Source of the DNA: Eledone cirrhosa
Lineage: Eukaryota
Reading direction: 5' to 3'
NCBI GenBank assembly: GCA_964016885.1
Contig: CAXHJY010000322.1
Location: 1-64,000 of the forward strand
DNA: 64,000 nt
Part shown: positions 28,101 through 41,783 of the stretch, piece by piece
How positions within the stretch are numbered: the stretch's first letter is position 1
Layout: every line of letters starts with the position of its first letter
The notes under the pieces: model-generated
What the model was told of the DNA's origin: nothing
Seen by the model: the letters and a program-made list of their open reading frames with translations, nothing else
The model's database searches: none
Position numbers and translations under genes: made by a program

Positions 28101-31100
28101 CACTAGCATAGCTACCTTCCACACTAACATAGCTACCTTCCACACTAACATAGCTACCTTCCACAATTACAATTACAAAGCAACTTCCACACTAACATAG
28201 CTACCTTCCACTCTAACATAGCTACCTTCCACACTAACATACCTACCTTCCACACTAACATAGCTACCTTCCACTCTAACATAGCTACCTTCCATAGTAA
28301 CATAGCTACCTTCCACACTAACATAGCTACCTTCCACTCTAACATAGCTACCTTCCACTCTAACATAGCTACCTTCCACACTAACATGGCTACCTTCCAC
28401 TCTAACATAGCTACCTTCCACACTAACATAGCTACCTTCCTCACTAACATAGCTACCTTCCTCACTAACATAGCTGCCTTCCACACTAACATAGCTACCT
28501 TCCACACTAACATAGCTACCTTCCACACTAACATAGCTACCTTCCACACTAACATAGCTACCTTCCATGCTAACATAGGTACCTTCCACACTAACATGGC
28601 TACCTTCCACACTAACATAGCAACCTTCAACACTAACATAGTTACCTTCCACACTAACATAGCTACCTTCCACACTAACATAGCTACCTTCCAGTCTAAC
28701 ATAGCTACCTTCCACACTAACATAGCTACCTTCCACACTAATATAGCTACCTTCCAGTCTAAAATAGCTACCTTCCACACTAACATAGCTACCTTCCACA
28801 CTAACATAGCTACCTTCCACACTAACATAGCTACCTTCCACTCTAGCATGGCTACCTTCCACACTAACATAGCTACCTTCCACACTAAATAGCTACATTC
28901 CACATTAACATAGCTACCTTCCACAATTACAAAGCAACTTCCACACTAAAATAGCTACCTTCCACTCTAGCATAGCTACCTTCCACACTAACATACCTAC
29001 CTTCCACACTAACATAGCTACCTTCCACTCTAACATAGCTACCTTCCACACTAACATAGCTACCTTCCACTCTAACATAGCTACCTTCCACTCTAACATA
29101 GCTACCTTCCACACTAACATAGCTACCTTCCACACTAACATAGTTACCTTCCACTCTAACATAGCTACCTTCCACACTAACATAGTTACCTTCCTTGTTA
29201 ACATAGCTACCTTCCACACTAACATAGCTACCTTCCACACTAACATAGCTACCTTCCACACTAACATACCTACCTTCCACACTAACATAGCTACCTTCCA
29301 CACTAACATAGTTACCTTCCACTCTAACATAGCTACCTTCCACACTAACATAGTTACCTTCCTTGTTAACATAGCTACCTTCCACACTAACATACCTACC
29401 TTCCACACTAACATAGCTACCTTCCACACTAACATAGTTACCTTCCATGTTAACATAGCTACCTTCCACACTAACATAGCTACCTTCCACACTAACATAG
29501 CTACCTTCCATGTTAACATAGCTACCTTCCTCACTAACATAGCTACCTTCCTTACTAACATAGCTACCTTCCTTACTAACATAGCTACCTTCCACACTAA
29601 CATAGCTACCTTCCACACTAACATAGCTACCTTCCACACTAACATAGCTACCTTCCACACCAACATAGCTACCTTCCACACTAACATAGCTACCTTCCAC
29701 ACTAACATGGCTACCTTCCACACTAACGTAGCTACCTTACACACTAACATAGCTACCTCCCAGACTAACATTGCTACCTTCCAGTCTAACATAGCTACCT
29801 TCCACACTAACATAGATACCTTCCACTCTAACATAGATACCTTCCACTCTAACATAGTTACCTTCCACACTAACATAGTTACCTTCCATGTTAACAGAGC
29901 TACTTTCCACACTAACATAGCTACCTTCCACACTAACATAGCTACCTTCCACACTAACATATCTACCTTCCACACTAACATATCTACCTTCCACACTAAC
30001 ATAGCTACCTTCCACACTAACATAGCTACCTTCCACTCTATCATAGCTACCTTCCACACTAAAATAGCTACCTTCCACACTAACATACCTACCTTCCACA
30101 CTAACATACCTACCTTCCACACTAACATAGCTACCTTCTACACTAACATGGCTACCTTCCACACTAACATGGCTACCTTCCACACTAACATGGCTACCTT
30201 CCACACTAACATGGCTACCTTCCACACTAACATAGCTACCTTCCACACTAACATAGCTACCTTCCATAATAACATAGCTACCTTCCACACTAACATAGCT
30301 ACCTTCCATAATAACATAGCTACCTTCCACACTAACATAGCTACCTTCCACACTAACATAGCTACCCTCCACACTAACATAGCTACCTTCCACACTAACA
30401 TAGCTACCTTCCACTCTAACATAGCTACCTTCCACTCTAACATGGCTACCTTCCACTCTAACGTAGCTACCTTCCACACTAACATAGCTACCTTCCACAT
30501 TAACATAGTTACCTTCCACACTAACATAGCTACCTTCCAATCTAACATAGCTACCTTCCACACTAACATGGCTACCCTCCACACTAACATAGCTACCTTC
30601 CAGTCTAACATAGCTACCTTCCAGACTAACATAGCTACCTTCCACACTAACATAGCTACCTTCCACACTAACATAGCTACCTTCCAGTCTAACATAGCTA
30701 CCTTCCAGTCTAACATAGCTACCTTCCACACTAACATAGCTACCTTCCACACTAACATAGCTACCTTCCACACTAACATAGCTACCTTCCACACTAACAT
30801 AGCTACCTTCCACACTAACATAACTATCTTCCACACTAACATAGCTACCCTCCACACTAACATAGCTACCTTCCAGTCTAACATAGCTACCTTCCACACT
30901 AACATAGCTACCTTCCACACTAACATAGCTACCTTCCAGTCTAACATAGCTACCTTCCACACTAACATGGCTACCCTCCACACTAACATAGCTACCTTCT
31001 TGTCTAACATAGCTACCTTCCACACTAACATAGCTACCTTCCACACTAACATAGCTACCTTCCAGTCTAACATAGCTACCTTCCAGTCTAACATAGCTAC

Positions 31101-34100
31101 CTTCCACACTAACATAGCTACCTTCCACACTAACATAGCTACCTTCCACACTAACATAGCTACCTTCCACACTAACATAGCTACCTTCCACACTAACATA
31201 ACTATCTTCCACACTAACATAGCTACCCTCCACACTAACATAGCTACCTTCCAGTCTAACATAGCTACCTTCCACACTAACATAGCTACCTTCCTGTCTA
31301 ACATAGCTACCTTCCACACTAACATAACTACCTTTCACACTAACATACCTACCTTCCACACTAACATACCTACCTTCCACACTAACATAGTTACCTTCCA
31401 CACTAACATAGTTACCTTCCACACTAACATAGCTACCTTCCACTCTATCATAGCTACCTTCCCAACTAACATAGCTGCCTTCCACACTAACATAGCTTCT
31501 TTCCACACTAACATTGCTGCCTTCCACACTAACATAGCTACCTTCCACACTAACATAGCTACCTTCCACTCTAACATAGTTACCTTCCACACTAACATAG
31601 CTACCTTCCACACTAACATAGCTACCTTCCACACTAACATAGCTACCTTCCAGTCTAACATAGCTACCTTCCACACTAACATGGCTACCCTCCACACTAA
31701 CATAGCTACCTTCTTGTCTAACATAGCTACCTTCCACACTAACATAGCTACCTTCCACACTAACATAGCTACCTTCCAGTCTAACATAGCTACCTTCCAG
31801 TCTAACATAGCTACCTTCCACACTAACATAGCTACCTTCCACACTAACATAGCTACCTTCCACACTAACATAGCTACCTTCCACACTAACATAGCTACCT
31901 TCCACACTAACATAACTATCTTCCACACTAACATAGCTACCCTCCACACTAACATAGCTACCTTCCAGTCTAACATAGCTACCTTCCACACTAACATAGC
32001 TACCTTCCTGTCTAACATAGCTACCTTCCACACTAACATAACTACCTTTCACACTAACATACCTACCTTCCACACTAACATACCTACCTTCCACACTAAC
32101 ATAGTTACCTTCCACACTAACATAGTTACCTTCCACACTAACATAGCTACCTTCCACTCTATCATAGCTACCTTCCCAACTAACATAGCTGCCTTCCACA
32201 CTAACATAGCTTCTTTCCACACTAACATTGCTGCCTTCCACACTAACATAGCTACCTTCCACACTAACATAGCTACCTTCCACTCTAACATAGTTACCTT
32301 CCACACTAACATAGCTACCTTCCACACTAACATAGCTACCTTCCACACTAACATAGCTACCTTCCACACTAACATAGCTACCATGCACTTTAACATAGCT
32401 ACCTTCCACACTAACATAGCTATCTTCCACTCTAACATAGCTACCTTCCACTCTAACATAGCTACCTTCCACACTAACATAGCTACCTTCCACACTAACA
32501 TAGCTACCTTCCACACTAACATAGCTACCTTCCACTCTAACATAGCTACCTTCCACACTAACATAGCTACCTTCCAGACTAACATAGCTACCTTCCACTC
32601 TAAGATAGCTACCTTCCACACTAGCATAGCTACCTTCCACACTAACATAGCTACCTTCCACACTAACATAGCTACCTTCCACAATTGCAATTACAAAGCA
32701 ACTTCCACACTAACATAGCTACCTTCCACTCTAACATAGCTACCTTCCACACTAACATACCTACCTTCCACACTAACATAGCTACCTTCCACTCTAACAT
32801 AGCTACCTTCCATAGTAACATAGCTACCTTCCACACTAACATAGCTACCTTCCACTCTAACATAGCTACCTTCCACTCTAACATAGCTACCTTCCACACT
32901 AACATGGCTACCTTCCACTCTAACATAGCTACCTTCCACACTAACATAGCTACCTTCCTCACTAACATAGCTACCTTCCTCACTAACATAGCTGCCTTCC
33001 ACACTAACATAGCTACCTTCCACACTAACATAGCTACCTTCCACACTAACATAGCTACCTTCCACACTAACATAGCTACCTTCCATGCTAACATAGGTAC
33101 CTTCCACACTAACATGGCTACCTTCCACACTAACATAGCAACCTTCAACACTAACATAGTTACCTTCCACACTAACATAGCTACCTTCCACACTAACATA
33201 GCTACCTTCCAGTCTAACATAGCTACCTTCCACACTAACATAGCTACCTTCCACACTAATATAGCTACCTTCCAGTCTAAAATAGCTACCTTCCACACTA
33301 ACATAGCTACCTTCCACACTAACATAGCTACCTTCCACACTAACATAGCTACCTTCCACTCTAGCATGGCTACCTTCCACACTAACATAGCTACCTTCCA
33401 CACTAAATAGCTACATTCCACATTAACATAGCTACCTTCCACAATTACAAAGCAACTTCCACACTAACATAGCTACCTTCCACTCTAGCATAGCTACCTT
33501 CCACACTAACATACCTACCTTCCACACTAACATAGCTACCTTCCACTCTAACATAGCTACCTTCCACACTAACATAGCTACCTTCCACTCTAACATAGCT
33601 ACCTTCCACACTAACATAGCTACCTTCCACACTAACATAGTTACCTTCCACACTAACATGGCTACCTTCCACTCTAACATAGCTACCTTCCACACTAACA
33701 TAGTTACCTTCCTTGTTAACATAGCTACCTTCCACACTAACATAGCTACCTTCCACACTAACATAGCTACCTTCCACACTAACATACCTACCTTCCACAC
33801 TAACATACCTACCTTCCACACTAACATAGCTACCTTCCACACTAACATAGTTACCTTCCATGTTAACATAGCTACCTTCCACACTAACATAGCTACCTTC
33901 CACACTAACATGGCTACCTTCCACACTAACATAGCTACCTTCTACACTAACATGGCTACCTTCCACACTAACATGGCTACCTTCCACACTAACATGGCTA
34001 CCTTCCACACTAACATGGCTACCTTCCACACTAACATAGCTACCTTCCACACTAACATAGCTACCTTCCATAATAACATAGCTACCTTCCACACTAACAT

Positions 34101-34760
34101 AGCTACCTTCCATACTAACATAGCTACCTTCCACACTAACATAGCTACCTTCCACACTAACATAGCTACCCTCCACACTAACATAGCTACCTTCCACACT
34201 AACATAGCTACCTTCCACTCTAACATAGCTACCTTCCACTCTAACATGGCTACCTTCCACTCTAACGTAGCTACCTTCCACACTAACATAGCTACCTTCC
34301 ACATTAACATAGTTACCTTCCACACTAACATAGCTACCTTCCAGTCTAACATAGCTACCTTCCACACTAACATGGCTACCCTCCACACTAACATAGCTAC
34401 CTTCCAGTCTAACATAGCTACCTTCCAGACTAACATAGCTACCTTCCACACTAACATAGCTACCTTCCACACTAACATAGCTACCTTCCAGTCTAACATA
34501 GCTACCTTCCAGTCTAACATAGCTACCTTCCCAACTAACATAGCTGCCTTCCACACTAACATAGCTTCTTTCCACACTAACATTGCTGCCTTCCACACTA
34601 ACATAGCTACCTTCCACACTAACATAGCTACCTTCCACTCTAACATAGTTACCTTCCACACTAACATAGCTACCTTCCACACTAACATAGCTACCTTCCA
34701 CACTAACATAGCTACCTTCCACACTAACATAGCTGCCTTCCACACTAACATAGTAACATA
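25177..34760. repeat. 21-bp minisatellite (CCACACTAACATAGCTACCTT), ~455 copies
   Basis: 21-nt period; accounts for all the VWKVAML, EGSYVSV and ATFHTNI ORFs. Confidence 0.99.
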
Positions 34761-34835
34761 GGTATCTTCCATGCTAACATAGGTATATATTATATACAAT
34801 GCTTCAAGCAATCTAGAAAATATAGAGATAATAAT

Positions 34836-34941
34836 AATTGTTTCTACTTTTGGCACAAGGCCAGCAATTATTCCAGTGTATTACTGGTACTTTATTTTAT
34901 CGACCCCGTCAGTATGAAAGGCTAAGTTAACCTCGGTGGGA
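34836..34941 (-). mobile_element. Truncated tRNA-derived core SINE
   Basis: Reverse complement of the 48270-48445 SINE body (ctttcat.c..acggggtcgataaaataaagtaccagtaat..actg...ggccttgtgccaaaagtagaaacaattatt). Confidence 0.8.
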
Positions 34942-34973
34942 TTTATAATAATAATAATCTTATTTGTTTGTAG

Positions 34974-35115
34974 TTACAATGGTTTTCCTGAATTGAAGCC
35001 AGAATTATTCCTGTTAAAGAAATGCAGCCCCGTGTGTTTAGCTGGTAAACAGTCGGCGTGTCCCCACAGTCCTATAGCGAGACGCACTAAACAGGAAGTA
35101 CGGATGGCACAGAAG
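34974..35115 (+). CDS. DENND4: DENND4/CRAG exon (S-YNGFPELKPELF...SPIARRTKQEVRMAQK)
   Basis: ttgtttgtag acceptor, AAG|gtaac donor; conserved 'YNGFP.L' and 'RRTKQE' motifs of DENND4. Confidence 0.93.
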
Positions 35116-35189
35116 GTAACAACCAGGGTAACTTTGGGAGGGGGGGGGGGGGTTATAATTTGAAAACAACAATAATAATCAGCAGCAGC

Positions 35190-35892
35190 AGCACCACCAC
35201 CACTACTATCACCACCACCACTACTATCACCACCACCACTACTATCACCACCACCACTACTATCACCACCACCACTATTATCACCACCACCACTACTATC
35301 ACCACCACCACTACTATCACCACCACCACTACTATCACCACCACTACTATCACCACCACCACTACTATCACCACCACTACTATCACCACCACCACTACTA
35401 TCACCACCACTACTATCACCACCACCATCACTACTCTGACCACCACCACTACTATCACCACCACCACTACTATCACCACCACCACTACTATCACCACCAC
35501 CACTACTATCACCACCACCACTACTATCACCACCACCACTATATCACCACCACCACTATATCACCACCACCACTACTATCACCACCACCACTACTATCAT
35601 CACCACCACCACCACTACTATCACCACCACCACTATATCACCACCACCACCACTACTTTCACCACCACCACCACTACTATCACCACCACCACCACTACTA
35701 TCACTACCACCACTACTATCACTACCACCACTACTATCACCACCACCACTACTTTCACCACCACCACCACTACTATCACCACCACCACCACTACCACCAC
35801 TACTATCACCACCATCACTACTATCACCACCACCACCACTATATCACCACCACCACCACCACTATATCACCATCACTACTATCACCATCATC
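35190..35892. repeat. ACC/ACT/ATC trinucleotide-derived ~18-bp repeat (ACCACCACCACTACTATC) filling a 0.8 kb intron
   Basis: Direct inspection; produces spurious poly-T, poly-H and poly-V ORFs. Confidence 0.95.
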
Positions 35893-35928
35893 ATCTGTAT
35901 ATCTTCTATAACCTTCTATATTCTCCAG

Positions 35929-36114
35929 ATTGCCCAGCAACAAGTTGGATCCCCTGATTTATGGGCCAAATGTCTCCTGGGACACTGTTATTGTTTGTGG
36001 TTTATTCACTTGCCTGCATTTGTTAAGCTCAGCCAGTCAAAGCCGAGAGCCCTTAGACTAGCTTACGACATCTTGCACAAAATGAATAAAATGAAAGATA
36101 TCCGTCCTGATGAA
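35929..36114 (+). CDS. DENND4: DENND4/CRAG exon (IAQQQVGSPDLWAKCLLGHCYCLWFIHLPAFV...DIRPDE)
   Basis: ttctccag acceptor, GAA|gtaaga donor; 'WAKCLLGHCY.LWF..LP' is typical of DENND4; 62 codons. Confidence 0.95.
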
Positions 36115-36392
36115 GTAAGAGAGATTCTTCTTGCTAATTTTAGTTTTATTTATCTATTATTATTATTATTTGTTTATATATATATGTTTCTATGTCTTTT
36201 TTTCTTTTCTGATATAAATAATAAAAATCTTTACAAGCATAAAACCCACATCGTACCGTCCTGTGCCGTCTGTAATGTTTTTCTTGATGTCAGCCCTTGT
36301 GGCCAATAAAGAACTGATTATTATTATTTTATTTTGCAAATAACAAATTCTGAATTAACATTTAATGTCCTGAACCTCATGAAACCACATTA

Positions 36393-36510
36393 ATTGTTTC
36401 TACTTTTGGCACAAGGCCAGCAATTACACAGTGCATTACTGGTACTTTATTTTATCGACCCTGTAAGGATGAAAGGCAAAGTTAACCTCGACGGGATTTG
36501 AACTCAGACC
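36393..36510 (-). mobile_element. Truncated tRNA-derived core SINE
   Basis: Same family as 48270-48445; includes the reverse complement of the B box (ggatttgaactc). Confidence 0.8.
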
Positions 36511-36705
36511 GCAATGAAACCACATGAAACCACATTAATAAGAATGATACAGCACTATGGCTGCACCACATTAAAGTCTGTCTTCTAAGGCTGTGTTCAC
36601 AACAATCTGTCCCCTAGTTAACATACTATAAACATTTCAATTAACAAACCACATTTGTAAGACATTCTATTATGTTTTTAAGGATATTTTAAGGATGTTT
36701 TTCTT

Positions 36706-36925
36706 TAATCCTTTTGTTACCATATTTCTCATGACTTTCAAATAATCTTCAAAATAATTATAAATCTGGAGGGATTTACTAATATAACTTTCTAATTAAG
36801 TTGATGTTTGGAACATAACTTAACAAAGGTTCTTACATAAAATCATGATGGAAGTTTTTAGATAAATATAAACACTTTAAAATAAATAGCTTTGTATTGT
36901 AAAATTATGGGCAGTTTTTGTTGGC
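36706..36925 (+). mobile_element. Partial copy of TTAA-flanked MITE family
   Basis: Begins ttaatccttttgttaccatatttct, like the terminus at 40927; internal similarity is weak and the right end is uncertain. Confidence 0.45.
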
Positions 36926-37242
36926 TTCGTATCAAAACTGTTGTTTTTTTCCTCAACCTATAAGGAGTATTTTCTATTGTGATTGCAGTCAGTTTTCTTG
37001 TTTTTCTTTTAGTTTCATATGTATTCTTTTGATCCCAACCTACTGCCCCTTAAATAGGAACTCTTTAATTCTTTTGATCCCAACCTACTGCCCCTTAAAT
37101 TGTCTTATTCTAATACTGTATATTTTTTTTAGCTGTCCCCTAGTATGAATACTTGAAATAAGAAACCAGTTTTTATATATTTTTGGTTAAATCATTCCAT
37201 GATATTGATTTGTATTACACTAAAGACTTTTAATATTTACAG

Positions 37243-37371
37243 GTTTGTTATCGAGTAGTGTTACAACTGTGTGGTCAGTATAACGAACCTACTCTTGCTG
37301 TTATGGTTCTGTGTGAAATGAAGCATGCAGGGGTCCAGCCAAATGCCATTACTTATGGATACTACAACAAG
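37243..37371 (+). CDS. DENND4: DENND4/CRAG exon with PPR-like motif ([43 protein letters not shown])
   Basis: tttacag acceptor, AAG|gttatt donor; '[20 protein letters not shown]' DENND4 signature; 43 codons. Confidence 0.96.
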
Positions 37372-37494
37372 GTTATTATTATTATTATTTGAAACTTCCT
37401 TTGAATTCTGCTTCTTTCCTAAAACATGTCGAGTGTCAACCTGACACCTGAGACAAAATTTGATAATGCACACATTTTATAATCAATTGTCATA

Positions 37495-37830
37495 CAAATC
37501 CAGCGGGTCCTGTCAGAAGCAACTATCTCCAACTGATCTGGCTGGATCCCCAAGCGTGACCAGCCAAGCTCATGGATGTTATCCAACCATCTTGCTTGGG
37601 GTCTATGCCTGGGTCTCCTGCTAGTTGGGTTTGCCCATAAAATCTGTGCAGTGATTCTTTCCTGAGACAATCTGACCACATGTCCATAGTATCAGAGCTG
37701 TGATCTCTTAATTCAGAGAAGTAGTGGCGCTATCTGGAGTGACTCTTTGATCTCTGACCTATGCACTCTATTGAGTAACGGTACTCCAAGGACCCTTCGG
37801 AGGAATCCCATTTCAGTCATTACACAAGAT
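37495..37830 (-). mobile_element. Decayed RTE-type LINE ORF 3' fragment
   Basis: Minus-strand translation RRPRHRPQARWLDNIHELGWSRLGI...DRTRW resembles the RTE C-terminal 'R.RGRP..RW' motif. Confidence 0.7.
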
Positions 37831-38077
37831 TCATGAGAGTTAGCATGAATACCCTTGTACCAATGCTTTTACACATTGTTTGTACCACTTACCATGTCAT
37901 CTGGAAATGTAAGGCAAGGAGGTTTTGGTTTGAAGTTTATATGTTTTATATGTTTGAGTCGGTGAATTGATAAAGATGTTAGATTGTCAGGCAGAATACT
38001 TTACATTCTATTTAACCTTTCTCTCTCCTCACAACTGTAGTGTTGTTCCTATCTTAGAGTTTGTTATTTTACTTCAG

Positions 38078-38411
38078 GCTGTTCTTGAGAGCAAATGGCC
38101 AAGTGATACCAAGAATGGTCTACTGTTATGGAAGAAACTGCGTAATGTGATCACAGCTGTTGCACAATTGCGAAAGGGGTTGTTGCACCAACGAAGTAGC
38201 ACATCGTACTGCTCAAACTCTGAAAGTGATTACGACCAAGTCAGTCACACTAGCAATGACAGCTGTATAGATGAGGCTGCAGTCAGTGGGAGCACTGATG
38301 TTAACAGTGGTGCTACTGTGGGTAATAGAATTATTACCAAAACAGATCTTGTTTCTGATACGGTTGTGAATTGTTCTAATAAAGTAGCCAATGAGGAAAG
38401 AATGAGTACAG
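38078..38411 (+). CDS. DENND4: DENND4/CRAG exon (AVLESKWPS...WKKLRNVITAVAQLRK...ERMST-G)
   Basis: ttacttcag acceptor, G|gtaagt donor; continues 'NKAVLES.WPS..W.KLRNV'. Confidence 0.94.
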
Positions 38412-39142
38412 GTAAGTGACACACACATCCTTTTCTTCTCAGCTACTTTGGTTTCATTTTTGTTGTCTTTTATAATTTTATGTTACTTTTACTGAAAAGA
38501 AAACTTTTATTTTAATAGCTCCTACATTTTGCTTTCATATTTAGTTCAGGGCTGAAACACTTGCTCATCTGAGAGTTTCTTACCACTTTCATAGTTAAAA
38601 TCAACTATAAAATTATGTTTCATTTATTTTATATTTCTTAGTTTTGAAGATAATTTGCCTTTCATCCATTTAAGGTTGATAAAAAAAATAACTAGTAGAG
38701 GACTTTTCCTCCATCTCTTTCTCACTTCCTCTCTATCACTTCTTTCTCACTTCCTCTCTATCACTTCTTTCTCCTTATGGAAGAAATCAGGTATGTTCAT
38801 TTTAAACCTAACCTGCCCAAGAAATGCTGTGTCTTAACAACAGCCCTATAACCCTCACCAGGTTTTATGGGTCCATACATGCAATGAAGAGGATAAAATT
38901 CACAGAATTCCAGTCACATTTGTTCAATCTTAACTGGATCACTTCAGTGTGATGTTCAACTCAATATAATTTATGATAACATACAAGAAGACTGCAGTGA
39001 ATTAAGTGTATGCCTCACATTAACTCTTAACATTTTCTAATGCATTTGTGGCTGAGTAATAATATTATAATAATATTATTAATATTTGATTTGTTTGCAA
39101 GCATTCAGCTTCATAACGCTGTGTTCTAGATGACTATCATCC

Positions 39143-39203
39143 AGAGAGAAACAATCTACAATTGTTTCGGGGTTATTGCCTCTTGTCAAGATTATATGTC
39201 TCT
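39143..39203 (-). ncRNA. Degenerate minimal type I hammerhead ribozyme motif
   Basis: Minus strand: aatc-TTGACAA-gagg caataa cccc-GAAA-CAATTG-TA-gatt; core differs from CUGACGA at two positions. Confidence 0.5.
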
Positions 39204-40029
39204 TCTTTTACTATTCACACTGGAACTCTTGAGAATATATAGTATTCTTTAAAGTATACATTGGCTGTTGTATACTTTAGAGCAGACATGTCAAACATGT
39301 GGCCCTTGGGGGACCCTCAGTTTGACATGCCTGCTTTAGAGAGCCTAATTTGTCTACTGTTGTTTGCAAACAAATTAGATATTAATAATACAATCATTAT
39401 TATTATTCACTCCCAAATACATTTACGTATCCGCTATGTTAGAGCGAAAACAAATTCTCTAATGATTTAGTGGGAAATATCAAAGTTTGGGATTTTATTA
39501 TTCAAATGTTTATAGTATATTTATTAATAGACAGATTGTTGTGAAAATTTGTAATATTTTAAATTGTTTATTAGATGCAGTTATAATGCATTTTCAAGAA
39601 TGTCAGTACAGGATGTTTAGAGATAATACATAACACCACTGAATTATGGCTATAGCCTGGAACACAGAAACAAACTTGGATTCTTTAAAACTTCTTAGTT
39701 CCTCTAAAAACAACAAAAAGATACAACAAAAAACTTCTAAGTAACAACAGACAAATGTATTTGCAGTATTTATTCCAGTTCTTGACATTCTGAGTTCAAA
39801 TCCTGTTAAGTTCAAATCAACTTTACCTTTCATCTTTCCAAACTCAGTACAATAATTTCAATAGTTGCTGTTCTACCTTGAATTCAAGGAATTTAGTGAT
39901 GGTCTAATTATCTGGTCATTTGCTTGAAACCAGTTTGTGCCACACCTGCTCAGGTCTAATTATCTGGTCATTTGGTTTCTCCAGCCTCATAATAACGGGC
40001 CACTGTGCTCTTTCATCTTTCTCTGTATC

Positions 40030-40330
40030 TGGCAAGAGTTTGTATGCTTGAAACCAATTTGTACCACACCTGATCAGGTCATCTTATAGGGTGGATCTCC
40101 AGCTCTTCTTTGGTCCACCCTTTGGTCTTTTTCTACCAGCTGGCAACCATGACATTGCAGTTCTTGCTGGGATATTGCCTCTCATTTGTATGACATTAGG
40201 ACATGCCCTGCCATCTGCATTGTCTGCTCTTGATGACAAGACACAGATATGTGGCATTGTCTCTTTAGAGCACATCTTTGTGATCTTGTCTTGCCAACTA
40301 ATACCCAGGATCAGAGACATCCTTGTTGGA
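40030..40330 (-). mobile_element. Decayed RTE-type LINE fragment
   Basis: Minus translation ILGISWQDKIT...WLPAGRKRPKGGPKKSWRST. Confidence 0.65.
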
Positions 40331-40926
40331 AAGTATTTCTAGTAATGATTAATTGCAATAATATAATAACAATTATAATCTAGTAATTGTTTAGTACTAA
40401 TTAATTATAATACTACCCTACCTTTATATTGATTCTTTGTAATATTTATTTATGATATTTGTTATATAATATTGATTATAATGTTGGTGTGTTGTATTTA
40501 TTGCAGTATTTCACCACTACCACCATTATCATCTAATGTCCATTCTCCCTACTAGCAAGGCTAGAACCTTTATATTAATCCACTGTTTACATATGTTATG
40601 ATATTGGTTCACGGTAATAATAGTTATTCTGATATTATGTATTATGTTTATTATGTAATATTAACCATCTCCAGGATATTTTGTTACATTGGTATATTTA
40701 GTCTCCTCATCTTGGTTGTTATAGTCACAACATTTCAATCATGGCAGCCCCTCAAACTTTTTTCATGTGCCTCTTGTATTTGATAATGTCAGTGGGTAGA
40801 ACCCTTTATTGAAACAATATGGCTAGATATCATTCTGTTGCCTTTGTGCAAGACATTCTGTTGTCCTTGACCAAGACATTGATATATTATCTATTAGTTA
40901 CTTGTGATGCCACAGTCTTGTTCCAC

Positions 40927-41368
40927 TTAATCCTTTCATTACCGTATTTCTAATGAAATACTTTAACATATAGAATCCTGGGAGATTTGGGGTTCAATTC
41001 TTAATAGCAGCCAATGGCAACTTCTTTTTCCATCTTTAAGGGACTTCACCCTATTTTGTAAGCTATTTAATAGCATCTCCATGCATGAGCACATCATTCT
41101 TTATATTAACTTTATCTTCTCAGCACTTTGTAAAAGTCTGAGAGATTGGCTACATATACACAAAATACTTAGTATTTTAATCAATTAATGAAGAATTTGG
41201 GAAAGATATACCAAAATTATAATTCCATTAACATGGTATTTGTAAGATAAGATGTTCTAAAATAAATAAATGTTGGAAAGGTTTAATCTAAATAGGAACC
41301 TTTTAAATTGGGTGGCTTTGTTTCATACAAGCAAGCAATTTAGGGCAAGTTAGTATTAAAAGGGCTAA
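40927..41368 (+). mobile_element. TTAA-flanked MITE (piggyBac-like termini)
   Basis: ttaa-tcctttcattacc...gtattaaaaggg-ctaa; left end is the reverse complement of the 59440-59474 terminus. Confidence 0.55.
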
Positions 41369-41588
41369 CTTTTATATACACATATATATATACATATATA
41401 CACACTCTAGTTCCAGCAGAACAAGCACATTTAATAGGGAGTTACCTACAACATGGACAACAGAATGAGAACAATCCACTTTAGTGTCAATAAAATGAAA
41501 CAACTGTTTTAAGGCCATTATCTCTGCTAAAGCAGAGGTTAAGCTTGACAGGCCCCAAGACAAGTTTCTTCATTTTGTCCTATCATCT

Positions 41589-41783
41589 TCACCGCCCCTT
41601 CACTCTACTCCTGGCTTCCATTTCCTCCTTTGTCATCTTCAGCCATGTCTTATTTGGTCTTCCCTTTACATTTATTTCCATCAGTCCTCTTACCCAGTAA
41701 CTTACATCTTCCCTCAACACATGACCCAACCATCTCATTCCATTTCCCTTCACAACATTCACCACAGATTCTATTCCACTCAC
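41589..41783 (-). mobile_element. Decayed RTE-type LINE fragment
   Basis: Minus translation MRWLGHVLR...KGRPNKTW. Confidence 0.65.

Noticed and set aside
1-34760. Similar copy number (~450) of the 53-bp and 21-bp arrays
   Set aside because: The 53-bp array is cut by the window edge, so the match is coincidental
25157-34856. Long ORFs up to 1003 aa (ATFHTNI / EGSYVSV / VWKVAML repeats) as a novel repetitive protein
   Set aside because: The unit length is a multiple of 3 and stop-free in several frames on both strands; frame-breaking indel units are present; the region lies within a DENND4 intron whose flanking exons join in phase
35153-35957. Mucin-like poly-Thr or His-rich ORF
   Set aside because: Trinucleotide repeat inside an intron with clear GT-AG boundaries (35116-35928)
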